This document shows, piece after piece, positions 13,343-25,839 of a stretch of DNA of 64,000 nt. Under the pieces are notes generated by a model. The model was not told the origin of the DNA. It searched no databases and saw only the letters and a list, made by a program, of their open reading frames with translations. Position 1 is the stretch's first letter, and each line of letters opens with the position of its first letter. Location: NCBI RefSeq assembly GCF_052425735.1, contig NC_135765.1, positions 4,836,001 to 4,900,000 on the forward strand. The letters run 5' to 3'. Origin of the DNA: Oculina patagonica (lineage: Eukaryota). Both the position numbers and the translations under genes were made by a program.

Positions 13343-13842
13343 NNNNNNNNNNNNNNNNNNNNNNNNNNNNNNNNNNNNNNNNNNNNNNNNNNNNNNNNNN
13401 NNNNNNNNNNNNNNNNNNNNNNNNNNNNNNNNNNNNNNNNNNNNNNNNNNNNNNNNNNNNNNNNNNNNNNNNNNNNNNNNNNNNNNNNNNNNNNNNNNNN
13501 NNNNNNNNNNNNNNNNNNNNNNNNNNNNNNNNNNNNNNNNNNNNNNNNNNNNNNNNNNNNNNNNNNNNNNNNNNNNNNNNNNNNNNNNNNNNNNNNNNNN
13601 NNNNNNNNNNNNNNNNNNNNNNNNNNNNNNNNNNNNNNNNNNNNNNNNNNNNNNNNNNNNNNNNNNNNNNNNNNNNNNNNNNNNNNNNNNNNNNNNNNNN
13701 NNNNNNNNNNNNNNNNNNNNNNNNNNNNNNNNNNNNNNNNNNNNNNNNNNNNNNNNNNNNNNNNNNNNNNNNNNNNNNNNNNNNNNNNNNNNNNNNNNNN
13801 NNNNNNNNNNNNNNNNNNNNNNNNNNNNNNNNNNNNNNNNNN
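13343..13842. other. Assembly gap (500 N)
   Basis: Run of N; the round size suggests a placeholder, so adjacency across it is uncertain. Confidence 0.99.
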
Positions 13843-16800
13843 CTCAGGAAAGACCAGTGTAAAGAAGTCACTCAGAGGAGAACCTTTCAACCCAGACGAA
13901 GGCAGTACAGTAGGGATAGATGTTGATCCTTCACATTTCAAAGTAACAACTGAGTCCTGGAAGATAAGGGAGAAGGATCAAGAAACAAATTCTGGAACAG
14001 CTATTTCCTATGAGCATCATGCAGCACGATTGACTGTCGAAAATCTGAGGCAAGAGAAGGGCATTCCCAAGGAGCGAGTTTCACCAGAGTCTACTCAATC
14101 TGGCAACGTTTCTCTGGTTAAGACAGTCTCTAGAAGTGTAAGCAGTGATTCCATTTCAGCATCTTCTGCTTCAGAGGTGACTAATGCAAGCACCCATGAC
14201 TCATCTCTAGCTGTCACTAAAGATTTTACCAGAGATCCACAACCTGTTGGCATCATACCCGATTACGTGCCAGACGATATAGCAACTTTGATTGAAATGA
14301 GACTAAAAGGAGTCGATAAACTGGAAGACGAAGAAGACATATACTCAGTGTTGTGGGATTTTGCCGGGCAATCGGTTTACAATACGACACACCCAATTTT
14401 TCTTACTTCAAGAGCGAGCTATCTTTTGATTTATGACCTCAGCCAAAACCCATTTGAAAGAGCAAAACCTGTTGTGAAACAAGGGATGTTTGGAAAATTT
14501 AAAGACTGTATTGGTTTCAAAACCAATTTGGGTGATTTAGATTTCTGGATGTCTTCTGTTTCTTCCCAAACAATTCAAAATGAACGTCAACAAGAGAATT
14601 GGAAGTCTCATCGGAAATCAGAAGCGTTCCCAGAGAAACTTCCTGCAGTTTTTTTGGTGTGCACTCATGCTGACGCGCCTTATGGCGGAGGTGATCCTAG
14701 CTCTTTAGCCCAAGAGGTATTTGGCTTTCTGCAGACCAAGCCATATGAGAGCCATTTATATGGAGATGTTTTTGTGGTAGATAACACCAAGTCAGGTCAG
14801 AAACCTGAGTGTCCAGAAGTTAAGCACTTGCGTGAGGAAGTGCTTGCTGTTAGCAAGGAACTACCACAGGTGAAACAACCCATTCCGATCAAGTGGTTGA
14901 AATATGAGAAAGCCCTTCAAGTCATGAAGGAAGATGGTCACAAGAGGATCACCCTTGAGGAAGCACGGAAAATCGCATCTGAGGTGTGTAACATTGTCGA
15001 GGATAAAGAACTCAAAACAGTACTGGACTTTTTGCATGACCAAAGAATTTTGATTCATTTTGATGAAACCCCAGAGCTGAGTAAACTGGTGGTTTTGGAT
15101 CTTCAGTGGTTGATTGACGTGTTCAAGGCGGTGATAACCATTAGGCCTTACCGTCGTGAAGAAAAGGAATTTAAAGAACTGTGGTGTAAGCTTCAGAAAG
15201 AAGGGATCCTGGAGGCGAAACTTTTAGAACATGTTTGGGCTCCTTTCTTCAAAGACAAAGAAACTTCAGACAGCCTTATTGCAATCATGGAGAAATTTAG
15301 CTTGCTTTGTCCTTGGCCATCATCTGATGCTTCATGTAGTACGCAGTACCTGGTGCCATCCATGTTGATGTCTTTTCCGCCAGAGGACATTATGAACTTG
15401 GTTGCATCTGCACGAATTCCCCCTCTGTTTCTTAAATTTGAATCTGGTCAAGTTCCAGCTGGCTTGTTTCCCCGACTGGTACTGCAGTTCTTTCAGTGGA
15501 GCAAAGAAGAATGTTTGAGAGAAGGGAAAGCTCAGTTTTATCACAACTTCGCCAGATTTTACACCCATGAAGAGGAAGACTGCTCTGTGATACTTATGTG
15601 CCATTCATCGTCCATTGAAGTTGTTGTTAACAGGGAGAATCCCGTTAACGAGTTGGTAGGCCGGTTACAATCAGAATTGACTTTGTCTTCAGATGCGAGC
15701 TATGGTAGCTTTGATGTGACTTGTGCTCGTGAAGTGCGTAGGCAGCTGGAATTCATACTTGAGTCCATGCGCAAGGAGTTCTTTTGGCTAAAGAACATGA
15801 GGTATGAAGTAAGTTTTCTCTGTCCAGTCTGTTGTCAAGGAGGTGCAGTTAACAGGTGTAGCACACACATGGAACAAGGTTGCATGCAAGAGGAGTGCTT
15901 GCACTTCTGGCCTGAGTCTCAATTGTGCACTGTCAAGAAGATTCCCTCTTGCTCCAAGCCTGGTATTGCACAAAGTAACAAAGTTCAGATCAAACAGTTT
16001 GTGCCATGGTTTGCACCTTCAGGAAATGAGGTAAATGATTCGTAACGTCTTTCACTCCATCTAAGGATATAACTGCAGAAAAATTGTTATTAAATTAGTA
16101 CTTTAAAGTATAAAGATTTAAAACAGTAATGTGATTTTATTCAAAGAGCTGGGTCCACAGTCTAGTGTCTATTGACGTCATGCAAAAAGAAAAGAATATA
16201 CATTAGCATATTTTCAGGATGGGCTGATTATGTGTCGGCCATACCTGCTTTTTTGAGCAGTTAGGGAAGTTAAAATATGCTTATGGCGATAGTATAGCCT
16301 TATCGAAGCTTTATTATCTGCATTATCATCTGCTAAATTACATTTGTAAGGACCTTTTTTCATTAAATTAATTAAAAGTTTAAAGATTTTGACATTCGGC
16401 GTTTATATGTAATGTTTTTGTTGTGCAGTATACAGTACATCCAGTGCATATTAATTATATAGACCGCTCCGGGCACATGTAACGTTTAACTTGCGCATTA
16501 TGTTGTGTGTTGTCGTCACCTGCAAAACGATTTTATCTCTCAAAGGTTCCTAGATATATTTGATTGCCCCTTTATCCGGTACTTGTTGGTAAGTTGAATG
16601 TTAAAAGGGATATAGTCATTTCCTGTTTGCATTCGTTCCATAGCTGACTGCTGATGAACATAATGGAAGATTTTTGGCCAATGTGGAAGGTAACCTAGTT
16701 CGATAGTGTTTCGTGCTTAGCTAATTAAACAAGCAACAATTCATACAAACCCTTTAATGTCTTTACGGTTAATGTAAAGATGAAGTCATGCACCTCTTTT

Positions 16801-18906
16801 TCCTTTCATTCACTTCATTCTATACGAGAAAAAGCATCGTGTCGATCCATCGTCAGTGATGCGTCAGTGAAAACGTCCGGCAAACCTAGCAAATACTGAC
16901 AACGTAGAGACTTTCTCTCGCCTAGCAAGACCTAGTACACCTGCAAATGAGGTGATGTCGAAAGAAAGAGGAGTAAGGCCCTTTTCGTTTTCGTTTAGTA
17001 AGCTTGAAGAGTGCGAGAAAAGAACAAAAAAATCGTGGAATTTGAAAAACAAAATAATGCCATAGCGAACTCACAAAAAATTGATGTACGGAAGTAAATT
17101 TTGTGAATGATCCTTTATTCGTAGGAAGTAAAGAAATTGCCCTTCCTGGTAAGGTTCAAGAATCCCTTTTGTCACAGTCATGTGACGCAAAAGAGGTTGT
17201 ACTTCAATTTAAAGAGAGTCTGCAGCTGGACCAAGCCTCTTTAGAACAGCCAGAGCCTGAGACCAAGACATTGATCCGTTCCTTAGCAAGGAAAGCTAAA
17301 GATTCAAAGAGGCTTGATGTGTTCGACCATTTGAGAAAGATTACACCAGCTGGAACTACTGGTGAGACTGCCATTTACTCAGCAGCATGTTAGCTTTCCC
17401 TCTGAATGCCCGATTCCCTCTATAGCACGCGCCTGCAGGGAATCACGGTAGTTGTATTCATCAAACCATGGGCAAGACTCAGCAATGTGCATTGTTGCTG
17501 AGTCTCGTGCATGGTTTGATGAATACAACTTTCGTGATTCCCTGCAGGCGCGTGCTATAGAGGGAATCGGCCATTGAGAAAGGAAGGCGTCTGCAAGTAC
17601 TGAACAACCATATATCAGTTTCAAGCAATGTAAACATATTGCTGTTATGATTAATAGTTTGTAGTAAATGTAGTGTCTGTATCTTTAGGTTTTTGTTAAT
17701 TTTGAAGTAAAGCGTTCTTTTTAGTAATAAATTGTTCTCTAAACTTTGCTTAAGCATTTCATAAAGAGTACAATCAAAAAGTCGAAATTTCAATTTATTG
17801 GAAGTTTTCCAATAACTAACTGCGTTATAATGTATGACTTTTACAACGTATCAAGAGGTTGGTTGTTCAGCACTGCTTTGGTCATGGCATGTAGTACCAT
17901 CTTCAATTATTCCTCCAACACTCGGCAATCTACCAGCCGTTGTGATGGATCGCGTGTTGTGGATTGCACCAGGATTTTGCATCTGCGCAGTTCCAGGAAG
18001 CAGTGGCTGATATTTTTACCTTTTAATGACCACCTTACCTTTTGCTTTCCTTAGGTCCTCGGTTGCCTGAGCACCTTGATGTCCGAAATATCCCAGTTTC
18101 CAAGGGAAGAGAACTTACAATTGACTTGAGTGGTATGATTTATTCCTTGTGTATAGCAGATGTCTGCAGTAGTACTTTTTTTAAATCCCGTGTACTTGAA
18201 TGTCTCTGTTCATGATTATCAACGTTTCAAATTTCGTCCCACAAGAAGAGATCTTGATCGTTAAAAAATTGAACGTTAAAGCATGGTATAAAGCTAATAG
18301 ATCACTATGTGGGGCTTTAAGTGGCTGTTAAAAAACTCATTAATAATTCATAAAGAAAATACAAAAGAAATTAATGTTGAATGAGTGTCTTTATATCTGA
18401 TAAAGACACGGCTAAACTTTACGTCCAATTTTCTATGCCAAAATAAACCCAAATCTAAATATTAGTGCAAGAATGAGTTGATCTACATCAGAAGACTTTT
18501 AAGCCGTTCAATAAATTCGCAGTTCGTGTTTTATCAAGTCTAAAACACTCGGCTGCGCCTCGTGTTTTAAATTTGATAAAACACTGCTGCTCATTTATTA
18601 AACATTACATAATTAACTTTCTTGGTAGTTTTGGTAATTATACATGTAGCATGCAATTCACATCTTAATTGATCATGCTAGCCTACAAAAATGACGCTTT
18701 TGTGTGTCATAGGTGGCCACGAGTGGAAGGTGGTTGCTGAGGGACTGGGCTTGACCCCACAAGAGATTCGTTTCCTTAACAACCGAACTCTGAACCCACT
18801 TGATGCTGTCCTGGCATTCATTGCTAAGCAGCGCTTAGTAACTGTTGGCGAGCTGTACGACTTGTTATGCAAAAGTGGATATCCAGTACAAGCTGACCTT
18901 CTGTGA
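13843..18906 (+). CDS. ROCO-family protein, 5'-truncated by the assembly gap: Roc GTPase, COR, Cys/His-rich segment, C-terminal death domain
   Basis: Inferred exons <13843-16030, 16644-16689, 17125-17361, 18055-18132, 18713-18906; all GT-AG, phases 0,1,1,1 keep the frame. Roc motifs SGKTS (P-loop end), STVGID, WDFAGQ, CTHAD, VDN. COR motifs [55 protein letters not shown]. The last two exons give [30 protein letters not shown]...TVGELYDLL, a death-domain pattern. Confidence 0.9.
17393..17588. mobile_element. Palindromic MITE in a ROCO intron
   Basis: ccgattccctctatagcacgcgcctgcagggaatcacg...cgtgattccctgcaggcgcgtgctatagagggaatcgg, a near-perfect hairpin. Confidence 0.8.
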
Positions 18907-18955
18907 AAATTGACATGATTGGTTTTTGTTTTAATTTCGATTGGTATTCGATAAT

Positions 18956-19372
18956 GGGCACTTTCCTTTTGTTTGGAAAACCCAGTTGTTCCTGTGGTGA
19001 ATCAAATGGAACAGACTTTTCCATTCGAAATTTCTCGGAAAAAGAGGAATACCTGCAGATATATTCCTCTTTTCCTGTTTTTCCTGGAATGACAGGAAAT
19101 TTCTGTTCCATTTGTTTACAACCAGACCGTTCGTTCGCAGAGCAAGGTCAACAATTTAACCAAAGAACGCTAAGAGCGAGGGTTTTTCCCTTGAACTACT
19201 TCAAGGCTTCATGAAGAAGGAAGATAAAGAAGAAAAGTTTCACCCTTGATCACCAAAATGGAATTTTCAAAAGGAACAGGTTCTTTCCGTTCCGTTTACG
19301 AAATGAAAAAATTTACACTGTTACATTTATCGAAAAATTCTCTCTGAAAATTCCATGAAAATGGAGGCGCCC
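18956..19372. mobile_element. Harbinger-like MITE just after the ROCO stop codon (related sequence at ~10262-10570)
   Basis: GGGCACTTTCC...GGAGGCGCCC termini with repeated ttcc/ggaa motifs. Confidence 0.5.
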
Positions 19373-19702
19373 AAGAACTTTGGAAAATTTAAATTTCGTT
19401 GTCAGTGGACTCTCGAATCCAGCTATTTCGAAATCGGACACTGAGCTTGTAGTCCTATTACCCGTTGATTATGTCGTACACCATGTGCTGTCCTTATTTA
19501 AGAATTAATTGGGTAGTTGCTTAAAAGGGATTTAAGCATAGCAACATATACTACTTCGGTTAAGTATCTCGTGGTTTTAAGACACAGGTTAGTTTTGTTT
19601 GGAGTAGATCAACGAGGTAAAATCAAATGGAAGAATACATGAAAATTGTATTACAATTATAAAAAGTAAGTCCTTGAAATGAATTTAAATCTAATTTTGC
19701 TA

Positions 19703-20510
19703 AATACATAGAGGATATTACACGGCGGCGCGAAGATATGAATTTTATTTTCGAGTGGTAAAGCAATATTTTACGAATGAGCGCAGCGAATGAGTAAAAT
19801 ATTGCTTTTACCACGAGAAAATAAAATTCATATCTTCAAGCCACCGTGTAATTTTCTTTTTATTATATAGCCAAAAAACATACTTGCTGTAAAAGTTAAA
19901 ACATTTTTATTAATCAAAAGCTTAAACACGAGCGACGGCTAAATATAACAATTAAGCAAATTGCGAAACTGAAAGGCAAAATTTCGCGAAGTGAAGCTTT
20001 CAGAAGATGTATATCGTAAATGTAAAAACAGTCTGTTTATTAGCTTTCCTCAATGTCACTGACAATAAATAATTCGCCGTTTCGAAATCTGTTTTTGCTC
20101 AAACTCACCGCTTTTCTACTGATCATGATTTCTGATTGCGAAGTCTTGTAGTTCGGCAGCTGGAATTTCTTGATTTTCCCTCTCTTCGTCTGACTTTCCA
20201 CAAGCAAGAAGCTCTTTTAAATAATTTCAAGTCATAAGAAGTTTTCTTCTTCGTGTTAGCATTTTCCTGCTCCTCAGTAAAGCATTTTATTTTGGCTTCA
20301 GTGAACTTCACGAATCGATCTCGATAGCTCGCCATTTCTAACCGGCGTTGGCAGCTTTGCACAAACAACCGTGCAAAGGCGGGAAATGACGTCATCGATA
20401 TCCTCACTAGTGAGGATATGGTAAATACGCCACTACAGTCCCGGATGCAGTTTCGTATGAATTTTATGAGTGGTCTATTTTCCAGTAAAACACTCGCGGC
20501 TATATAATAA
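19703..20510 (-). mobile_element. Internally deleted Crypton-like (tyrosine recombinase/DUF3504) element with terminal hairpin
   Basis: From ATG 20335: MASYRDRFVKFTEAKIKCFTEEQENANTKKKTSYDLKLF, then after a frameshift ENQEIPAAELQDFAI, resembling the N-terminus of animal Crypton/KIAA1958-like proteins. Hairpin 19710-19857; inverted repeat ttattatatagcc (19860) / ggctatataataa (20498-20510). Confidence 0.7.
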
Positions 20511-21251
20511 TGCCTGTTACCTGATGTAATTCAATATGCGCATCCTCTTGTATTGAAATTGCAGAGAAGGAAGCTTTAATTTTAGACGTGTACATCATTT
20601 AAAGGAAAGGATCGAAATAGATGCAAAATAATATGACGTTTTTTAACAAATTACATGGTGCGTTTTCTTGGAAATTGTTTAAAACTGAATATGTTTGTAG
20701 TTAACATAATTTTATCAATATACTTTAGGTAGAGGTTTTGTAGAAACGAATTTTTTTTTACAGCAATTTAGTTAACACGAGTGTTCCATATTTAGTTGCA
20801 ATCAGTTAAAATACCGATACATTTTGTTTTCCATCGAGCGGAGTTTAGGTTCCTTGTGCTGTTTTGCCTGCGAGTATTTATATTGTGGTAGCAGTGCACA
20901 TTCTGCCATTCACCAAATTGGATCCTGCTCTTGGGAGGAAAATTAGTGTTTTTTTAGTTCCTGAAGAGGAATTTCAATATGGATATACGAAATCTTCCAT
21001 CCCTCCCTCCCTCCCGTAGGTAGTTTATAAGGAACTCTTTGTAGATTTCTGTGGACTAAATGGCGAGAAATGTTTTATCACTGTACAGTACTGAGATTAT
21101 CCTGTTTTAGATTACCCAGTTAACTGTTTCAGTCCAGGCAGAAAAAGGTCATCAAGAACAACGCATTTTTTTCTATACATTTTATATTAAAAACAAAGAT
21201 AAAAAGGTTTATTTTTGTAAAGGCGTATCAAATAAGTTTAGCCTTTCTCCA

Positions 21252-21576
21252 AAGACCTGGCAAAACGGGGTCGCAAGTAGACGTAAGTTTTACCGAGGAC
21301 TTCTGGCACCTGCGTTAACTTGCAGTGACTGGAGTTCACTTTGGCCGGCATCAAATTTGCACACAAGTCGTCGCAAGTTTTTCGCCATTTGGTCACCAAA
21401 CGCCAGTTGATAGCACGTCAATCGTTTGCATTTGGATTACATTTTGAATGCCTTGAAATGGCTTCTTTGTTTGCAAATAGCGTGTACTTGCGAGTGGACT
21501 TGCGAAACCGTTTGGCCACCAAGCGCAAGGCAGTAAACAACTTGGAAGTACTTGCGCCTCCGTTTGACCAGGTCTT
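21252..21576. mobile_element. MITE
   Basis: AAGACCTGGCAAAACGG...CCGTTTGACCAGGTCTT inverted termini with internal cgcaagt/acttgcg repeats. Confidence 0.6.
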
Positions 21577-22679
21577 AAATAGTAAAACACGAATTTCGTT
21601 TTGAAGTTTCGTGTAACGTTTCTTACATATTAAGAGAAGAATACATTTGAGATGATCTCACAGTATGTGTATGTGCTTTAAAATTTTTCAGAAATATTAT
21701 TGTTAAGAATAGGCACTCATCAACACTTAGTGTTTGCGAGTGTATATCGATGTATAGCAAAACAACTTTTTGTACAAATAGGAAAACATATTGCATAGCT
21801 TTTAGGCACAAAAAAGTTTAGAACAGTATAAAAAGACTAGTTTAGATGAGTAACTAATATTGTCATTGTCATAGAAATTTTAAGTATAGAAATTCTAGGT
21901 AGATTCAATTTGTAATTATCATTTTAAGTAGCTATTCGTGTGGCTACCGTTGAGGACTTAAAAGAGTTTAACGGTTAATCGTAAACTAGACATAACCACT
22001 TCTTATAGTTGTAATATTTGTTGGTAAGGTATTATGTAATATGTATATGTAATGAGTATATGAGTTGGATATGTGCAAGAAACTGCGGACGTGAATTCGC
22101 ACTTGAAGTGATATTCGCAGTTGTAACGCAAAAATGGTGCAGAGAAAGCACAGGAAAAGATATATATTTCGTAGAAAAATGTCCATTAAGGTAACAAAAT
22201 GGAGTCAAATATAGTCATTATTGCGTCCTTCTCTAGAGCAAGAAATAAATTCCAGTGTCAAAAATTCTTTATTGTACTCATCATTTGAAACTTACATTCC
22301 TTTTGATAAAGAAATGTGTTAAATAACATTTTCATGGCTAAATTGTTCGCCACTCGCCTTTTTTCTCAAATACGTGGAATGCGTCGCTCCTGCATGTAGG
22401 GTGTAGGTCGGCATATATAAACCCAATCAATGTTCAGTATTTGAACGGAGGCTCGTTTTGACATTTTCAAGCCTCTTTAAAAAAGTGGAAGTTTGAGAGG
22501 ATTAAAGACAAAACTTGTGATAGTGAATTAATTTTTCTGCTCTAGATAGTAACGCTATATTGACTGCAGAATAGTAAAAGTTGTGCAACTATCAGTCTAG
22601 TTTACTAGAATAAAGCCTTTTTACAACATGTCATTGATATGAACTTTTTTGTGCGTTTGTTACGAAGTTAAATAGTTAC

Positions 22680-22850
22680 AATTCAAAATCTAAAGCAAAC
22701 TTCCGTATTACAGTGTCAGTGTCGATGGGAGTGTCTCAATAAGCATGCCAAAGCGCCTGAGCGGACCGGAGAGCCGCTCAGTTTTCGTTTTTGAGCGCAT
22801 ATAGTTCTTGACTCTTCTCATGATCCTAAATGACCGCATGCTTGGTTCTA
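22680..22850 (-). pseudogene. hAT transposase C-terminal dimerisation-domain relic
   Basis: RSFRIMRRVKNYMRSKTKTERLSG, then after a frameshift HAY*DTPIDTDTVIRKFA; matches the hAT pattern ERSFS.MRR.KTYLRSTM..ERLS.L...H....ID.D.VI..FA. Confidence 0.75.
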
Positions 22851-23072
22851 TGCCACATTCGGCTGCCATCGCGTCATTTCTTTGTTCAATTGGTGCAGAT
22901 AGTTTCGTCACATGTGTATAATGATTATTTAGCTAGCCTAACGTTCAAATCCCGTCGCCTCTGTCAACCATGATGTTCCAATCGTTGTGCTTATTGTCTA
23001 CAAAAACTATTTGCTAATGCGGGCTCAGTGACTAAAACTCTGCAGCATTTAAGTATCAAGCGGTCAGTTATT

Positions 23073-25839
23073 TTAACGAACAAAGACTTTCCAGAAATCA
23101 CCGGAAGACACATCACCATCCCAATCATCGCAATCCAATCTTGAGCCATCCTCAGCCAAAACCCAATGAGAGAAGTCCCCCACAAAAGCAGGGTGGTCGT
23201 ACAATCTTCCTTCATCTTGGCTATATGAAGCACCCCATTTACCAACTTCCTTCAAACCACCTTCAGAACCCCATTTATGGCAAGCTCCGGCTAACAGCGA
23301 GTCGTCATCATCCATTCTTACAAATGAGCCACAGGCGTCGGGCTGGACATCCGTCTGACCGCTGAAGTACTGGACTACAGCTTCACCGGCACTGTTAGCG
23401 GCCGTGGTCACGTGGAACGTACGTCCTTGTTGTTTACTGCAGTGGAATCTCAGTTGAGTGAAAGGCACAACGGTTTTCAGCTTAATCATGGCGCTTTTCG
23501 TGAGAAACATCTTGTTGTTGTGATAGTTACTTATTCCACGATATGTTGTCTCAATTGACAACTGTGGTGCGGCCAGTGACCCGTCAATGACAAGGTTGGA
23601 GACAAGAAGCCAGCCTCCTGAAAGCAGGCAGGGATCGGCCGTTATTTGACAAATAAAAGCTTCAGGAAATACGTTGAGGCTAAAACTTTATTAAAAAAAT
23701 CTAAAAAAAACATCAGCTAGTGTAATATACTTGCGTTGTAACTACACCTGAACAAATCGGAAACATGTGACAGTTTTTATTGCATTGCATGTATATCATA
23801 TGCAACATAAATTATGCAAGTATATCCAGTCGTCCGTTTTAAAATATACTATTACATGAGTTTATCTTTCTGTAACTGTAAATTGAAATGTCTTATTTTC
23901 AAAAAAACAATAAGCAATTCTTGGATGACATTATTGTGATACCCAGAAACACCGGAGAGACTGAAGTGGCCTCTTAGGGCCTTTTTACGTGATTCCAGAA
24001 TGACTTTCATTCTGGAACGAGTTCATGCCATCCCCATTATATTTCAATGTATCTTTTTACATGATACCGAGACGAAAGTAAAGCCATTCCGGAATGAGCT
24101 CATTCCAGTATTCATTCCGGAATGAAATTTTCATTCTGGAATGACATTTCATTCTGGTATCGTGTAATCACAAAACGAATTTCGTTTCGAGATCAGTGAA
24201 ACCGAATCTCATGAAACCGCATACAGAGGCCTCAGATTGAACTCAGAACAAAAAAAAACGTAATAGTATTTACTGTTTAGCCCAAAGAAGCAGCCCTATG
24301 GTCAAAATGCTTGTTAAAATTGCAGATATGGCCATTAATGGGCACGTAAGATGTTTGCGCGAAACATGCACCATCTTAGTGTTTTTGATCTCGCGCTATA
24401 ACCGCGCAGGTGAAAACGCCTTAGGTTGAGCCGGTCGACTCTGTCATGTAAATGCTCAACGAACTTCATTTCGGATTAAGAGTCATTCAGGAATCATGTA
24501 AACAGGCCCTTACTTCTATTTTTTTCCAATCACAGATATTCCCTCCTCTAGATATACTCAGGGAATTATCTAGTACTTACCACCGTCAGTTGTCATTTCA
24601 CAGTGGACGTTCAAAGGGTTTCCGTCCTTCTCGGGGTCGATCCAGTACTCCCCGTCTCCTTTGGAGTTCCCAGAGTCCCGGATGTGCTTACAAGAATTAC
24701 CAGGACGATAGGAATACCAACCTAGTGGTAAGACTATAAACAGAAAGATTTTTCTTTTCATCCTACGCTATTTCCAAAAAGTCGCCAGTAGTATCAGCTA
24801 TAAAAGAGACTATCTGTAAGTGTGAACGTGGTTGTTGTCTTCCAGCATGTGGTAAGCTGTTCTCATTCACAATTATGACGCGGAATTCAGAAGTGCGTAG
24901 ATTACATAACCCCGTTTGTTTATAGATAGTTGCGTTAGGTAATGCTTGATCACCACGTGCACAATCGCCGTATTTAAAGATCCCGTTTTAGTTTGGGGAT
25001 TTGAAAGACGCAAGCCGGGAAGTTCGGGCGAATTTTTGGCCCACCCACCTCCCCTTCGGCGACGTAATAGACAGCTATAGTGCTTTCTCACCCAGTCGCT
25101 CATTGCCTCGGCCACAATCTTTTCCCATGTCTTATCCACGCCGGACAATGAGCGGCATAATTAATGAGTGAGAATGGTATACTATTGTTGGATGAAGTTT
25201 TTGTGAGAAGTCAAGATTCCTGTATTTGGTTATTTTAAAAGAGATATCACTACTTTTACTTAGCGAAATATCCATCACTTACCACCGTCAGTTGTCATGT
25301 CACAGTAGACTTTTAAAGGGTTTCCGTTATTTTCTAGGTCCAACCAGTAATTGCCGCTGACCGCTTGTCCTCCTTCACTCGCTTTAATCTCTCCACACGA
25401 ATCAGCAGGCAGCTCGGGAATAGAACCGAGAGGCACTGGAATTGAAAAAAAATTATCCAATTACAACTTATTATTATTTGTTTAACGTTGCGATTTGAGT
25501 ATAACGTTATTATCTTTTGCTAGTTGTTTTACCTCTGTTCGGAGCCTTCTTCATGTAATATCTGTCACTGTCCTTGACAAAGTCCTCTGGCCTGGCCTCC
25601 TTAGTTCTGTTATTCAACTCGCATATGTCTTGAAAAAAGACGTAGTTATAACTTTGACATCTGATGTCAGAGGTGCACGCCTCTCTGCAGTCCATTGAAA
25701 GCCGCCGAGCTTTGAACGTCTTAAAGGTGTGGCCCTTTAGCATCATTTGATAGATGGAGTAAGTGTCAATTCCGCATTGTTGGCTGGAGATGTTGCGGAA
25801 CATTAAGGACACCAATAACAGAATGGCGATAGCCAGCAT
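23073..25839 (-). CDS. Paralogue 1: secreted protein with signal peptide, PAN/apple, cassette A, cassette B and divergent fibrinogen-like C-terminal domain (~385 aa)
   Basis: Exons 25839-25533 (MLAIAILLLVSLMFRNISS then QQC...CREACTSDIRCQSYNY...ICELN), 25435-25283 (153 nt), 24733-24581 (153 nt), 23617-23073 (GWLLVSN...GDFWKVFVR*). All introns GT-AG, phase 1; total 1158 nt, open. Confidence 0.85.
23977..24509. mobile_element. PIF/Harbinger-like MITE in an intron of paralogue 1 (related copy ~31082-31575 in paralogue 2)
   Basis: GGGCC...GGCCC termini flanked by TTA on both sides; repeated ttcattccgg motifs. Confidence 0.7.

Noticed and set aside
13253-13941. ORFs spanning the N gap, including the start of the 930-aa ORF
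   Set aside because: The X runs are gap artefacts; the sequence before the gap is transposon subterminal DNA, not the ROCO N-terminus.
21990-22220. Possible L1/Tx1 LINE C-terminal relic
   Set aside because: Only scattered residues across broken frames; too weak to call without a search.
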